Shown: piece after piece, positions 47,301 through 58,438 of the stretch
Layout: each line of letters begins with the position of its first letter
Numbering within the stretch: the first letter of the stretch is position 1
Position numbers and translations under genes: made by a program
DNA from: Cyanophora paradoxa CCMP329
Taxonomy: Eukaryota > Plantae > Glaucophyta
Length of the DNA stretch: 64,000 nt
Assembly (NCBI GenBank): GCA_004431415.1
Contig: QPMI01000109.1
Coordinates: 1 to 64,000 of the forward strand
Direction of reading: 5' to 3'
The notes under the pieces: generated by a model
What the model was told of the DNA's origin: nothing
The model's input: the letters and a program-made list of their open reading frames with translations, nothing else
Database searches by the model: none

Positions 47301-49090
47301 CTCGGGGGCCGGGCCCCTCGCGTGGGCGGGGGCTGAGGGGCGGGGCAGGGGGTGGAGGACCTGCGCTCGGCGTGCGCGGCGCGCATCGGCGAGTGCCCGA
47401 GCCTCTTCTTCGTCCTCCACAACGGGCCGGCTGCGAGTGCGCGCTCCCCTCCGCCGCGCCGGCGCCGGCGGCGATCGCGAGCGTGCGCGGCGCAGTCTAC
47501 GAGGCGGCGCGGAGGGCATCCCTCTTCCGGCGCCGCTCGATGAGCAAGGCGCAGGAGACGCTCCTCGTGGTCCGCGCACCGCCCCGAGGCGGGGCCGCCA
47601 GAGCCCCCCCCGCCTCTGAGCGCCGGACCGGCGCCGGCGCAGGTCTACTGCGTGTCGCTCGCCGTCTCGATTGCCGTCCTCTTCTTCGTCGGCGCCTTCG
47701 CCTTCCGCCCCGCCTTCAAGGCCCGCCCCCGCCCCCGCCCCGCCCCGCCCCGCCCCGCCCGGCCCCCGCGCCACGCGCCATCCCTACCGACCTGACCTGG
47801 CGCTGCGCGCAGCGGGTCCGCATGGAGCGGGACCAAGTCCTGGTGGGCAGCCCCCACTAGCCCCTCGCGCCGGCGCCGGCGCCGGTGCACGGGGCGGGCC
47901 TGACACTTCGACGTGGGGCGGCGGGCGCAGGACCTCTTCCTGGAGATCCCGAAGAACGTGGTGCGGGTGCTGGCACGCAAGCGCTCGCGGATGGCCCTCG
48001 GGAGCTCCTCCTCGGAGAGCGGGTCCGACGAGGAGGGCAACGGCAACGGGGAGGAGGCCCCCGCCGCCGCCTCCACGCACCGGCCCCACGTCGAGCGTGA
48101 CCGCAGCGCTGGTGCCACTGTCGTCCCGGGCGCCAGCGCCCACTCGGGCGGCCCAGAGACGCGCATCGACATCGAGCGCGGCGACGCCGACAAGCGCGCG
48201 CCTGCGTTGCACCCGATCGCGAGCTTCGACGACTCGGACTGGGCGGAGGGCGCTGCCGCCAAGCCCGGCAGCGGCTCGCAGCTCGCACTCCCCCCGGCTG
48301 CGGCTGCCGGCCGCCGCGAGGCACCGGGCACACACGCCGACGGCCCCGTCCGCCGGAGCCGCCGGCCGCAGCAGCAGCGGGCGGCGGCGGTGCACCCAGC
48401 GGCGGCGCCTCGAGCTCGGTTCGAGTCGAGCAGGCGGGCCGGCGGCAAAGAGGATCCGGACGTCGAGCACGGGGAGCACGGGTCGGACGTGGAGCACGGC
48501 TCGGTGGCGAGCGTCACCATCGGCTCCCTCCTCGCGCGTGGCCCATCCCTCTGGTCCATCCCCGTCCCCCGCCGCCGCGTCGTGCCCGCCCCCGAGCGGC
48601 CCGAGGGGCACGGGCATGGGCACGGGCGCGCCCTCAGCGCCGCCCACGGCAAGGGCAGCCAGAAGCTCTTTCGAATCGTGCGCTCACTTGTTTTCGTCCT
48701 CCCCCATCCATCGCCCCGCATGAAGGCGCCGGTCTGACGACGGGGGCGCCACGGGAGGCAGCTGACGGTGCAGTACGTGGCGGCCTCGCTCGTGATCGCC
48801 TCGCTCTTCGTCGCGACGTTCGCCGCCGGCTACATCCTCACCAGCGAGCTGGACGACCACACGCTCGCCGTCTCCGAGGCCACGCGGCGCCGCGTCGACT
48901 GCATCCATGCCACCTTCCTCGCCCGCGAGGCCGTCCTCCCCTCCATGAAAGCTGCCCACGTGCGCCCGACGCCGAGCATAGCTTGGCCTTATCCGAGCTT
49001 GCCCTAGCATCATCCATTCGCCTTCACGACGGCTCGACCTTACGCATTTTATGACACACCCGTGCCCGTACATGTGCAGGCGGCGCGGGA

Positions 49091-49122
<32 letters not shown>

Positions 49123-50411
49123 AGGCGGGCGCGGAGCTCGGGGGAGGGCACGGGGTGAGCGAGGCGCCCGAGTCTTGGCGGATCGTGATCGATGGCATTG
49201 ACGAGTACCTCAAAACCGACCTGGAGGTGCCTGCGCTCGCGGCACCCCGGGCCCGGCCCCCGGATCCCGTTAAGCTCTAGATCTAGAGCTCAAAGCCACC
49301 CCCCGCCGCGTTCTGTCTCGTGCTTGGACAGCCCCCGCTCACCGCCATTGGCCGGCGGGCCGGGGGCAGGACATTGAGCTGGCAAACGAGGACCTGCGGC
49401 GTTCCTCCACGTCCACCCCACAGCTCGCCGCCCTCAACTACGGGTAACAGCCTCACACGCGCGATAACATTCATATGCATGCGATAGAATACCTGTTTGA
49501 AGCACCTGGATTATATATATGGGTTACAGTCGATGCTAGACTTCGTAACACACATCGCGGCATTAAATTTGCTGAAGTCTGTGTAGCATCCTACCTAAAG
49601 TGCACAGCTAGCTATAGTGACCAGCGACGGCTGCGTATCGAAGTTCACACGCGACCATGACCGCGCCCGTGACGATCAGGTCCGGGTGCCTGCGCTCCGC
49701 TACCGGCTCCTGCGAGAATCGGGCGGGGCCAGCTGGTGACCCCGCCGCGACCGAGGGCCTCATTGGTGCGGCCCTCGAGCTCGTCTCGATTTGATTCCTC
49801 TCGGTTTGGGTCGTCCCGGGGTGGGTCGTGCTGACGGCGTCCCTTCGACGGCGGCAGCGCTCATCGCTCTCTTCCTGGAGCAGGGCAGGCTGCTCGCGGA
49901 AGCCCCCGCCGCGCTGAAGAGCTACACTTCCGCGGCCTTCACGTTCGTGTGGCGGGCCGGCCTCTCGGACATGCTCGGCGGCACCTCGCTGGCCGAGACG
50001 CTCTACGTCGAGGCCGCCCACGAGTCCGTGCGTGCCCCCCGCCCCTCTAGCTATAAAATCTGCGCCCCCACCCGATCCGGGCCGCTTCGAGAAATGGGAT
50101 GTGAGGGCCGGTCCGGATCCGCCTGTCGCAGGCTCTGTTCCTGATCCCGGTGCACGGGGGTTTGATGGCGGTGCGACCCGCTCTTCCTCTCCATCTCGTT
50201 GGTCGCACCTAATCCGAGTACACTGCGCCAGGCCACCATCATCGTGATCGTCGGGGCGATTTTCGTGCAGTACCGGCCGATGGTGCGGCGGCTGCGGGAC
50301 GAGACGCGGCGGACGCATCACATGCTGCAGCTCATTCCCGACGAGATCCTCGACAAGGTCGACTGCATCCGTGCCTACGTCGACCGCCACATGTCCGAGC
50401 TCGGCGACTAG
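38389..50411 (+). CDS. Host TmcB/TmcC-like PAS-domain membrane protein, paralog B
   Basis: 'VDAVIVISALGVITSANAVACRIFGYKKADLIGK', 'MPSPFRDQHQSYIQNY' and 'LVGRSVNAIIPPEVAEHHDEYLKRY'; last exon nearly identical to paralog A. Confidence 0.85.
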
Positions 50412-51406
50412 TACTAGCGTGAGCTCGCGCGCCGCGGAAATTCTCGCACGACTTCTGCTTATCTTTCGCACACTCGCCTGCAATTGTCCAAATCTAGATC
50501 TGCTCATCAAGTCGCATGTACACTTGAGTTTTCTCGGCCTACTGTCACGATACTAGTACAAGTAGTGTATGACGTGCCATTCGACTCTAGATCTCGGCGA
50601 GCCGGGACGTAGCCTAGTAGATCAGCTGCAGATCTAGATAAGCTAGAATAAGCGAATAATCAACATAAGCAATCGGTATTTTAGATCTAGATATCGATCT
50701 AGACAGTCCGGCAGCACTTCTGGGTTAGCTATGTATACGTATAGACTTAACTAGAAAGCTTGCATCATCAAGTTGCATGCCATGATCATGCAACTTACGG
50801 TAGCATGATCATGCCATGATCAAGTTGCATGCCATGATCAAGTTGCATGACGGTACTACGGTAGTACGGTCATCATGGCATGTACCGTCACCCGGTACTA
50901 GGGCCGGTAGGTAAACCGTACAACCGTAGTACCGTGGTACGTATAAACGGTACATCACCGTACATGACCGTGCCACGGTTCGTGGACCGTGGTCTCTAAA
51001 AACAAAAACAAGTTAAAAATTCGCCGCAGTTAATTGGTCCGGTACGGCAATTTTGCAATTGGTCCGCAGACGAGAACGGCAGACTGGTCGACCGGGACTC
51101 GACCCGTCACGGTCCGACGGACCGGCGACGGTCCGCATTTCAGTCGGTTGGTCCGGTCGATTTTTATATATGCATAATATGTGTCACATCGACTCACATG
51201 CACTGCGGCAATGTCACAGTGTACATGTGTGGATTACCGTAGTACGTACTGTAAGTCGGGAAATATTTAGTATACTGGATCTTTATAGTACCAAAGTTTT
51301 TTGGCCTGAGTACTAAAGTTTTATCGTATAATAAACACGTGTTGCGGGAGGGGGGGTACATAGCATAGAGGCGTCGGCGAAGCCGTAGTTGCAGCGCGGG
51401 AGATGC

Positions 51407-52727
51407 ATGCCGCCGAAGGGAGCGCAGAAGCGGGCAGCGTCGCTTCCGAGCTCGAGCGACGAGCGTCCATCCAGCCGCTCGGCCACGCCTTGGCCTGATG
51501 CGACCGCCGACTCGACGACGTACCAGAAGGCGAAGCCGCTCGACTCCGGCCAGCTGGTCACAGTGGTCGTCGTTCATGGGGCAGCTCGCCTCGCAGGCGG
51601 GCAAGGGCAAGGAGCCCGTGAAGCAGAAGCCCGTCGGTCGCGCCGCCGTGGCTGCTGCTGATCTCAGCTGCTGCTTTGCCGATCTCCGAGCCTGGAGGGC
51701 CCCACCTCTTCTCTGCTGGGGACGGCGATCACGTACGACAGGCGGCAGCGATCGTCCCCCATCACCGCCTACACTTACACTTTTGCAAGTGCGGAGCCAA
51801 GCTCTACCAGGGTTCACAACGGGATGGAACCACTCACAAACCCGGGCGCGTTGGCCACGGTGCAGCAGCGCATCTGCAAGCCGTGTGTCCCCTGGGCAAG
51901 CGAGCCTCTCGAACTGGACTCCGGGACGACCCAAGGCCGGCGACTAGCTAGACCATCGCCTACTCTTAGCTAGTCGACCGCGTCGGAAGGGCGCGTCGAT
52001 CAGGACATTAGGACATGTGCCGTGGTGTTCTTAATGAGACGTCCACTTTTGCAAAAAAAAAAATGCTGCTTTGCCGATCTCCGTAGAGAGCTGCTCGCTG
52101 TACGTAACCGCGTCCTTGGTGGAGTGGTAGAGCGCCGCACTCTCCATTCTTGGGCCTCTGGGTTCGACTCCAGGCCGGCCGAAGCAATCCCGCTTCGAAT
52201 CCCAGTGTGGTCGTTGGGGGGTTTGATGGTAACCCAACGCTGGGCGGACCCCATAGCCGCACCCAGTGGACCCGAAAGGCCGAAGGTGGGGGCGGTCCTG
52301 TGCGTTCCCATAAGAACACGCGCATAGGGAGAAGGCTGTGCGAGGAAGGGTAATTGCCCCAGTACGGCCCGGCCCGAGAGCCCCTAAGGGGAGCAAATTT
52401 TTTTTCTGCTCGCTGTACGTCTAGATCTGGTGCTTCCTGCCCTTGTCCGTCCGGCCGCGCTTCTGCACCGGCTCCTGCGGCGGCGCCGACGCAGCACGTA
52501 AGCGGCGCGCTGCGGCTCGCGGCAGACGCGAAGCACCTGCTCGTAAAAGTGGAACTGCTGCAGGGCGTACTCGTAGCTATATAGCTATAGGCGGCGAGCT
52601 CCAGACTCCCTCCCGCGCCGCCGACGAGAAGGGCGAACAGAAGCAGAAGGCGAACAAGGGCGTGCTCGAGGAGGAAGAGCAGGTGCTTGAGCAGTGGTAT
52701 CCGCTCTGGAACGCGGACGAGATCTGA
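51407..52727 (+). other. Possible small host gene or gene remnant
   Basis: Coding-like stretches 'MPPKGAQKRAAS...' and '...EEEEQVLEQWYPLWNADEI*'. No domain recognised and exon structure unresolved. Confidence 0.2.
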
Positions 52728-54162
52728 ACTCTAGCTAGTTCTAGCGCTAGCTGTAGTGCTAGCGCTGTTCCTTGAAGTGCATAAGAGCTCGAAGTGCAGC
52801 TGTGCGTAGTGCCACGGTGCGGGGGGCCCGGGCGCCCCAGCAGACCCCCTCGCGATCGCGCGCGCCGCGCCCACCCCCTACTAAAGACCCCTACTAAAGC
52901 GCTCCGCGGCCAAGTCTTAATTATTTTCAGCCTACTAAACCAGCCAAACCCCGGCATTACTAATTATTTTGGGGTCTTAAATATTACCCGAATTACAGTA
53001 TTTGTTTTTGGTGAATTACCGGCCACCGGTAATAGTGAGCTAATAGTCTACTCCAGAACTGTGGGGGTATATGCATGTACATGTGTTCCGTGTGGAAATG
53101 ATACCCGTGTGGAAATCACTTTTCCACACCAGGCAGGCCGGCAGGCTGCACCCTTGTATGCATAGCAGTCTGACTTGACGGTTCAGATAACGATCCGCGA
53201 TCTCCACAGGCTCGCTCTCAATCGGTGCGTCTGGCCTCGTGTTGTTTTGATCATCCATGTGTCCTGGTGTGCCGGCTGTGCCGCGGCCCATGAGTCACAC
53301 GAGATCTGGCCAATGGGCGCGCACATCGATTCGATGTGCCGGCGCAAGCTGCCATGGGCCAGGCACGGCTAGCTAGCCTAGTAGCGCTCTAGCTAGGGCT
53401 AGCGCTAGCTAGCCGCGCGGGCTACTAGGCTAGCAGCCGCTAGCTAGCTGCAGCAGCGCTAGCCTCGAGCTCGGCGCAGTGCGCGAGCCCAGCTGCAGGG
53501 AGCGCTCGCAGCCCGGATCGAAGCAGCTACAGACCTAGCTAGGACAGCGCAGCAGGCTCGCTAGCTGGCGCGAGCCTCGCAGCGGCGCGCGTGCGCGCAC
53601 GCGCGCGCGGCCCGGCGACGCGCGCGCCACGTATTCGCGCGTCCCTAGGCCGAGGCCTGGCCTGGCATGATGAACTGCGCATGCAGCCCAGGCCCGCAGC
53701 GCCGGCCCCAAACACCCCCCGCCGCCCCCCGGCATGCCCTGGGCCCCGGCACGCCCCGCGCGCCCCCGGCCCTGCACCCCACCAGCTGTGCGTGCAGCCC
53801 GCACTGCGGCAGCGCCGGCCGGGCCCCACCCACCCCTGCCGCGGGCCGCCGCCCGGCACGCCCGCGGCCCTGGGCCCCGGCCCGGCATGTCCCGCGGCCC
53901 CCCGGCCCTGCACCCCCGGCCCCCCATCCATATGCACCCCCGCCGCCGCCTGCCACGCCTGGGCGCTGGCCCCACCCATATGCATCCCCGCCGCCGCCCG
54001 GCACGTGTACGCCCTGGGCCCGGCACGCCCCCGGCCCCCCGGCCCCTGTCTTCCCGGGGCCCGGCCGTGGCGTGCCCTGCGGCCCCCGGCCCCGTCCCCC
54101 CCCAGGGCGGGCTGCTGCGCCAAGCGGGCCCGGGCCGGCCCGGCGAGGCCGCGACAGCATGC

Positions 54163-54712
54163 ATTATACATGGATTCGCAATGTATAAGATGAGCTCGGG
54201 GCGCCGCGCGTGAGACACAAGGCCGGCCTCGACGGAGTGGGGGGGGGCACATGAGGGGATGGGCCCGCGGAACCGCGCCCGTTCTCCCCAGGGCGGGCCC
54301 CGCGCCTGCGACGGAGCACTGGGAAACAACATTTATTATACATGGATTCATAATGTATAAGATGAGCTCGGGGCGCCGCGCGTGAGACACAAGGCCGGCC
54401 TCGACGGAGTGGGGGGGGCACATGAGGGGATGGGCCCGCGGAACCGCACCCGTTCTCCCCAGGGCGGGCCCCGCGCCTGCGTCGGAGCACTGGGAAACAA
54501 CATTTATTATACATGGATTCATAATGTACAAGATGAGCTGGGGGTGCCGCGCGTGAGACACAAGGCCGGCCTCGACGGAGTGGGGGGGGGGGCACATGAG
54601 GGGATGGGCCCGCGGAACCGCGCCCGTTCTCCCCAGGGCGGGCCCCGCGCCTGCGTCGGAGCACTGGGAAACAACATTTATTATACATGGATTCATAATC
54701 TATAAGATGAGC
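54163..54712. repeat. Tandem repeat, ~172-bp unit x3 plus partial
   Basis: Units start at 54163, 54335, 54506 and 54680 (ATTATACATGGATTC...). Confidence 0.95.
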
Positions 54713-56939
54713 CGGGGTTCTCGGGCCCTAGGGGGATGGCAAGAGCGAGACCAGGGCACCATGTGCCATCCACATTAGTTTCTTTTCGAACTGAATATCT
54801 TTTGATGGAATTCAGATCTATTTAATCAAATTACATCACAAGAACGACAATGAAAAGGGCTTTCAGGATATATAAAAAGTTCGGGACTTGCAAAGTAACC
54901 TAACCCGTAAGAGCCCGCCGAAATGTCTGACAAGCTGTCAAACCTGACAACTGTGTGTCACCCAAATCTCAGAGTCTGTCATCGTGAAAACTGACCTCGG
55001 TGGGCGACTCCATTACCACTGAACAACATCATGTACATTGGTATATAAAGGCTTAAACAAGCCTCATATATCACTCACTCACTGGGCATCGCTTGTTGGA
55101 ACGAGATCTCAGAAATAATTGCGGCCGTGCCCCAACGTGCCCCACCATAACCCGCCGCCGTGCCCCAACGTGCCCCGACGTGACCAATCATGCCCCACCG
55201 CCATGTCCCGATGTGCCCCGCCCCGCTATGTCGTGTTCTAGCGTGTCCCCTACGTGTCATTCCTGAGCGCGATCGCGCGCGGCGATGTACATGTGCCCGA
55301 TGTGGTAATATTAATATTGCCACTCAAACATGTGGGGAACAAAGCAAATATAAGCTTCTCATGATCAAATCCACGTCTATATCTCAGCGACAAGCCACGG
55401 ACCTGCAGCTGGGGCAGCGGCAGGCCTAGGGGCCCGGGACAGCCTACAGCCCTGGGCAGACAGGTCTATATGGGCCGGGGCTCGCCCTCAGCGGCCCATA
55501 GCCCATAGGACCGGGGCGGGATCGATATGAGGCGGGGGAGGGGGGGGGAGGGGAGGCGGCCGGGCAAGGGCCGAGGCGGGATCAATCTGGGCTGGCCATG
55601 GGAGGGGCGGGCGGGGGGTGCGGGGCGGCAGCCCCCCTAGGCCTGCGGATGGACGGGGGCCGCGGGCCGGGCCCGCCGGGCGCGCCACGGCGCCCAGGGC
55701 CGGGGCCTGCTGCCGGCCTGCTTTATCATGATCATGAGCACCTGGCGCCAGCGGGCTGCAGCTGCAGCTGGCCATGCAATAGTCAACACCGAGGGTGTAA
55801 TAGGAATCCGACTCCCAGTGGCAGGGGCCGCCGGGCCGCGGGCGTGCCGGGCCCGGCCCATGGACAGTTGCAGGGCATGCATATGCCGGGGGCGGCGGGG
55901 GTGTTCGGGGGCGGCGGGGGGGGGGGGGGGGGGGGGGGCGGGGGGGGGGGGGGGGGGGGCGGCTGCGGGGCGCCCCAGGGGCCCGTGCCGGGGGCCTGGG
56001 ATAGCGCTCGGGCTCGGGGCGGGTGCGCGGAGATCCAGACCCACAGCGGGCGCCGCTGAGCTGCAGCTGGGACGGCCAGCTGGCAGCTGCTGATCATGAC
56101 CTAGGCTAGGCCTAGGGCCCGGGGCGCGTGCGCGCGCGGGCCGGGCCGGGGGGCGCGCGGGGCGTGCCGGGGCCCATGCATATGGCCAGGGCGTGCGGGG
56201 GGCGGTGGGGGTGGGTGGGGCCGGCGCCGGCCGGCGCTGCATGCGCAGGCTGTTCATGTATGCATATATATAGATGCGCAGCTGGTGGGGGGCCGGGGGC
56301 CGGTGGGGCCGCGGGACGTGCCGGAGCCCAGGGCCAGCGCTAGCTGCAGCTGCAGGGCATGCCGGGGGCGGCGGGGGGTTGGCGGGGCCGGCGCTGCAGA
56401 CTGCATACGCAGCGTGGCGCCGCCCACCCCCCGCTGCAGACCCCTGCCCGCTGCATCCGCGCGCGCGCCACGAGGATCCGCTGCAAACCGGCGCGGATCC
56501 TCGTGGCGCGCGCGCCGCCGGGCCGCGCGCGTGCACCGTCGCGCGCGCGCGCGCACCCCTGATATGGATCCGCACGCCGCTGCGAGGCTCGCGCGAGCTA
56601 GCGAGCCTGCTGCGCTGTCCTATCTAGAGCGCCCGCGCTGCCTGTATACGTAGCTGCTTCCGGGCTGCGAGCGCTCCCTGGCTCGCGCACAGGGCCGAGC
56701 TCGAGGCTAGATAGCGGCTGCTAGCCCGCGCGGCTAGCTAGGAGCGCCCTAGCTAGAGCGCTACTAGGCTAGCTAGCCGTGCCTGGCCCATGGCAGCTTG
56801 CGCCGGCACATCGAATCGATGTGCGCGCCCATTGGCCAGATCTCGTGTGACTCATGGGCCGCGGCACAGCCGGCACACCAGGACACATGGATGATCAAAA
56901 CAACACGAGGCCTGGTGTGGAAAAGTGATTTCCACACGG

Positions 56940-57306
56940 CGCTACGAGTTGGCGCCTAGGAAGAAAATTTCCTGGCCATGGGCGAAACTGGCAGATCTTG
57001 CCCTTATGTAAATTAGCTACCTGGAAGGTTCTAGTAGCCTCCTGGTATAGTCCTAGTAACTGCCGGCTAGTAACTGCCAACAGCAGCTTTTATATAGCAT
57101 GCGAAATATACCGGCACGTGCCCAATCAGAAAACACTGGCATTTTCAAGTCGAATTAGTACGGGGACCTCGACAGCCCCAGCGCTGTACTAATTTGACTT
57201 GGAAGGTGGCCCCAGTCTAAAACTCGGCCGAGTTCAAGTCAATCGACTTGACTCGGAAAAAGGTTTGTATGGCGGAAATCGCGCCATAGAGCCATAACTC
57301 GTAGCG
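56940..57306. mobile_element. CACTA-like MITE with CGCTA termini, nested in the right arm of the foldback element
   Basis: TIR CGCTACGAGTT; 3-bp TSD CGG (56937-56939 and 57307-57309). The empty site is preserved in the left arm (53101-53115). Confidence 0.85.
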
Positions 57307-58438
57307 CGGGTATCATTTCCACACGGAACACATGTACAGGCAAGGTAGCCTTAGGAAGCCTAAGGTAGGGCATGATCGATCGAAATTGTGGATCGGGCGG
57401 GATTCGATAGCGTGATTCGAATTCTCATCGCAGGGCGATTCGAACACGGGAGGCATGAAATGGACAGCGCGACGTCGGACAGTGTTGACACCCGGGACCC
57501 TGACACGGCCGCGGTGACACTGTGACACCCCGCCGGCGCCGGGCCCGCGGCCCGCTGATCGATATCGCCGAGTCGCGACGACCTCGACGTCGACTCGAAT
57601 TCAAAACATGCACACTGGAACTCTCGATCCCGGTTGGTCCGCTGGTCCGGGAAACATTAATTTTAAGAGCTCAGGCTGCAGCTGGGGTACTTCGATCATC
57701 TCTGTCAGTCAGCGAGCTCGATCGATATCGCGAGACGGCCGCTACCTACTAGGATATATATATATATATAAATAGTACCGTAGTACAGTAGTACCGTAGA
57801 ACGCCCGGCGCCCGGCCCGGCCCGGCGGCGCCCGGCGAGTCGCCGCCGACTCGGCTAACTTAGTAATATAACGTTAACTCTGCGCATGCATGCATGACGT
57901 CGACTCCGATCCGCCGTAACAGCTCCGAGTCCAGGCCTTCGAATTCGGTTAGCCTTAGTGGAGGCGACGACCGTCGGACTCCGAGTCCCGCGCTGACTCG
58001 CCGACGCGACCGTCGAAGACGTCGACCTTCGGATTCCGGGACAGCCTGGGACGTCGACAGGCCTAGCTAGACCGAGGCGCCGCGCGGCGCGCGCAGCATA
58101 TGCATGCATATTGCAGCAGCAATCCAGCTTAGGATGCTCGACTCGGCGATGATCATAGGATCATCGGATGCACATATATTTATATATAGCTATAGCAAGC
58201 GACGTTCCAGCTAGCGCTCGAAGTTCAGCGGACTCCGGGAGCACCTAGCTATAGCCGCGGCTGCCCTTGCAATTGGCAGAACTAGTGATGAGCTGCCAGG
58301 CTGACAACATCCCGACTCGGCGAGCTAAAAGGCCTGCTGCAGCTGGCTAGCACAATAGAACTTCAATCTCAAGCCGGTGTACATGTCGTGCATGCGCAGC
58401 TGCTCATGATCATGATCATCCCGTCGAAGTCTGGACAC

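Larger units (their letters stand above)
53080..57334. mobile_element. Foldback-type non-autonomous DNA element with long inverted arms
   Basis: TA|CATGTGTTCCGTGTGGAAATGATACC ends. 53233-~53635 is the reverse complement of ~56495-56912, near-identical over the outer ~170 bp. No transposase recognised. Confidence 0.8.

Noticed and set aside
51669-52083. 20-bp direct repeat TGCTGCTTTGCCGATCTCCG
   Set aside because: Only two copies, with no element structure that I could support.
54163-54712. 172-bp repeats as CRISPR or as the coding repeats of ORF 53539-54696
   Set aside because: Head-to-tail satellite without spacers; unit lengths vary at a G-run and it lies inside a TE-like element.
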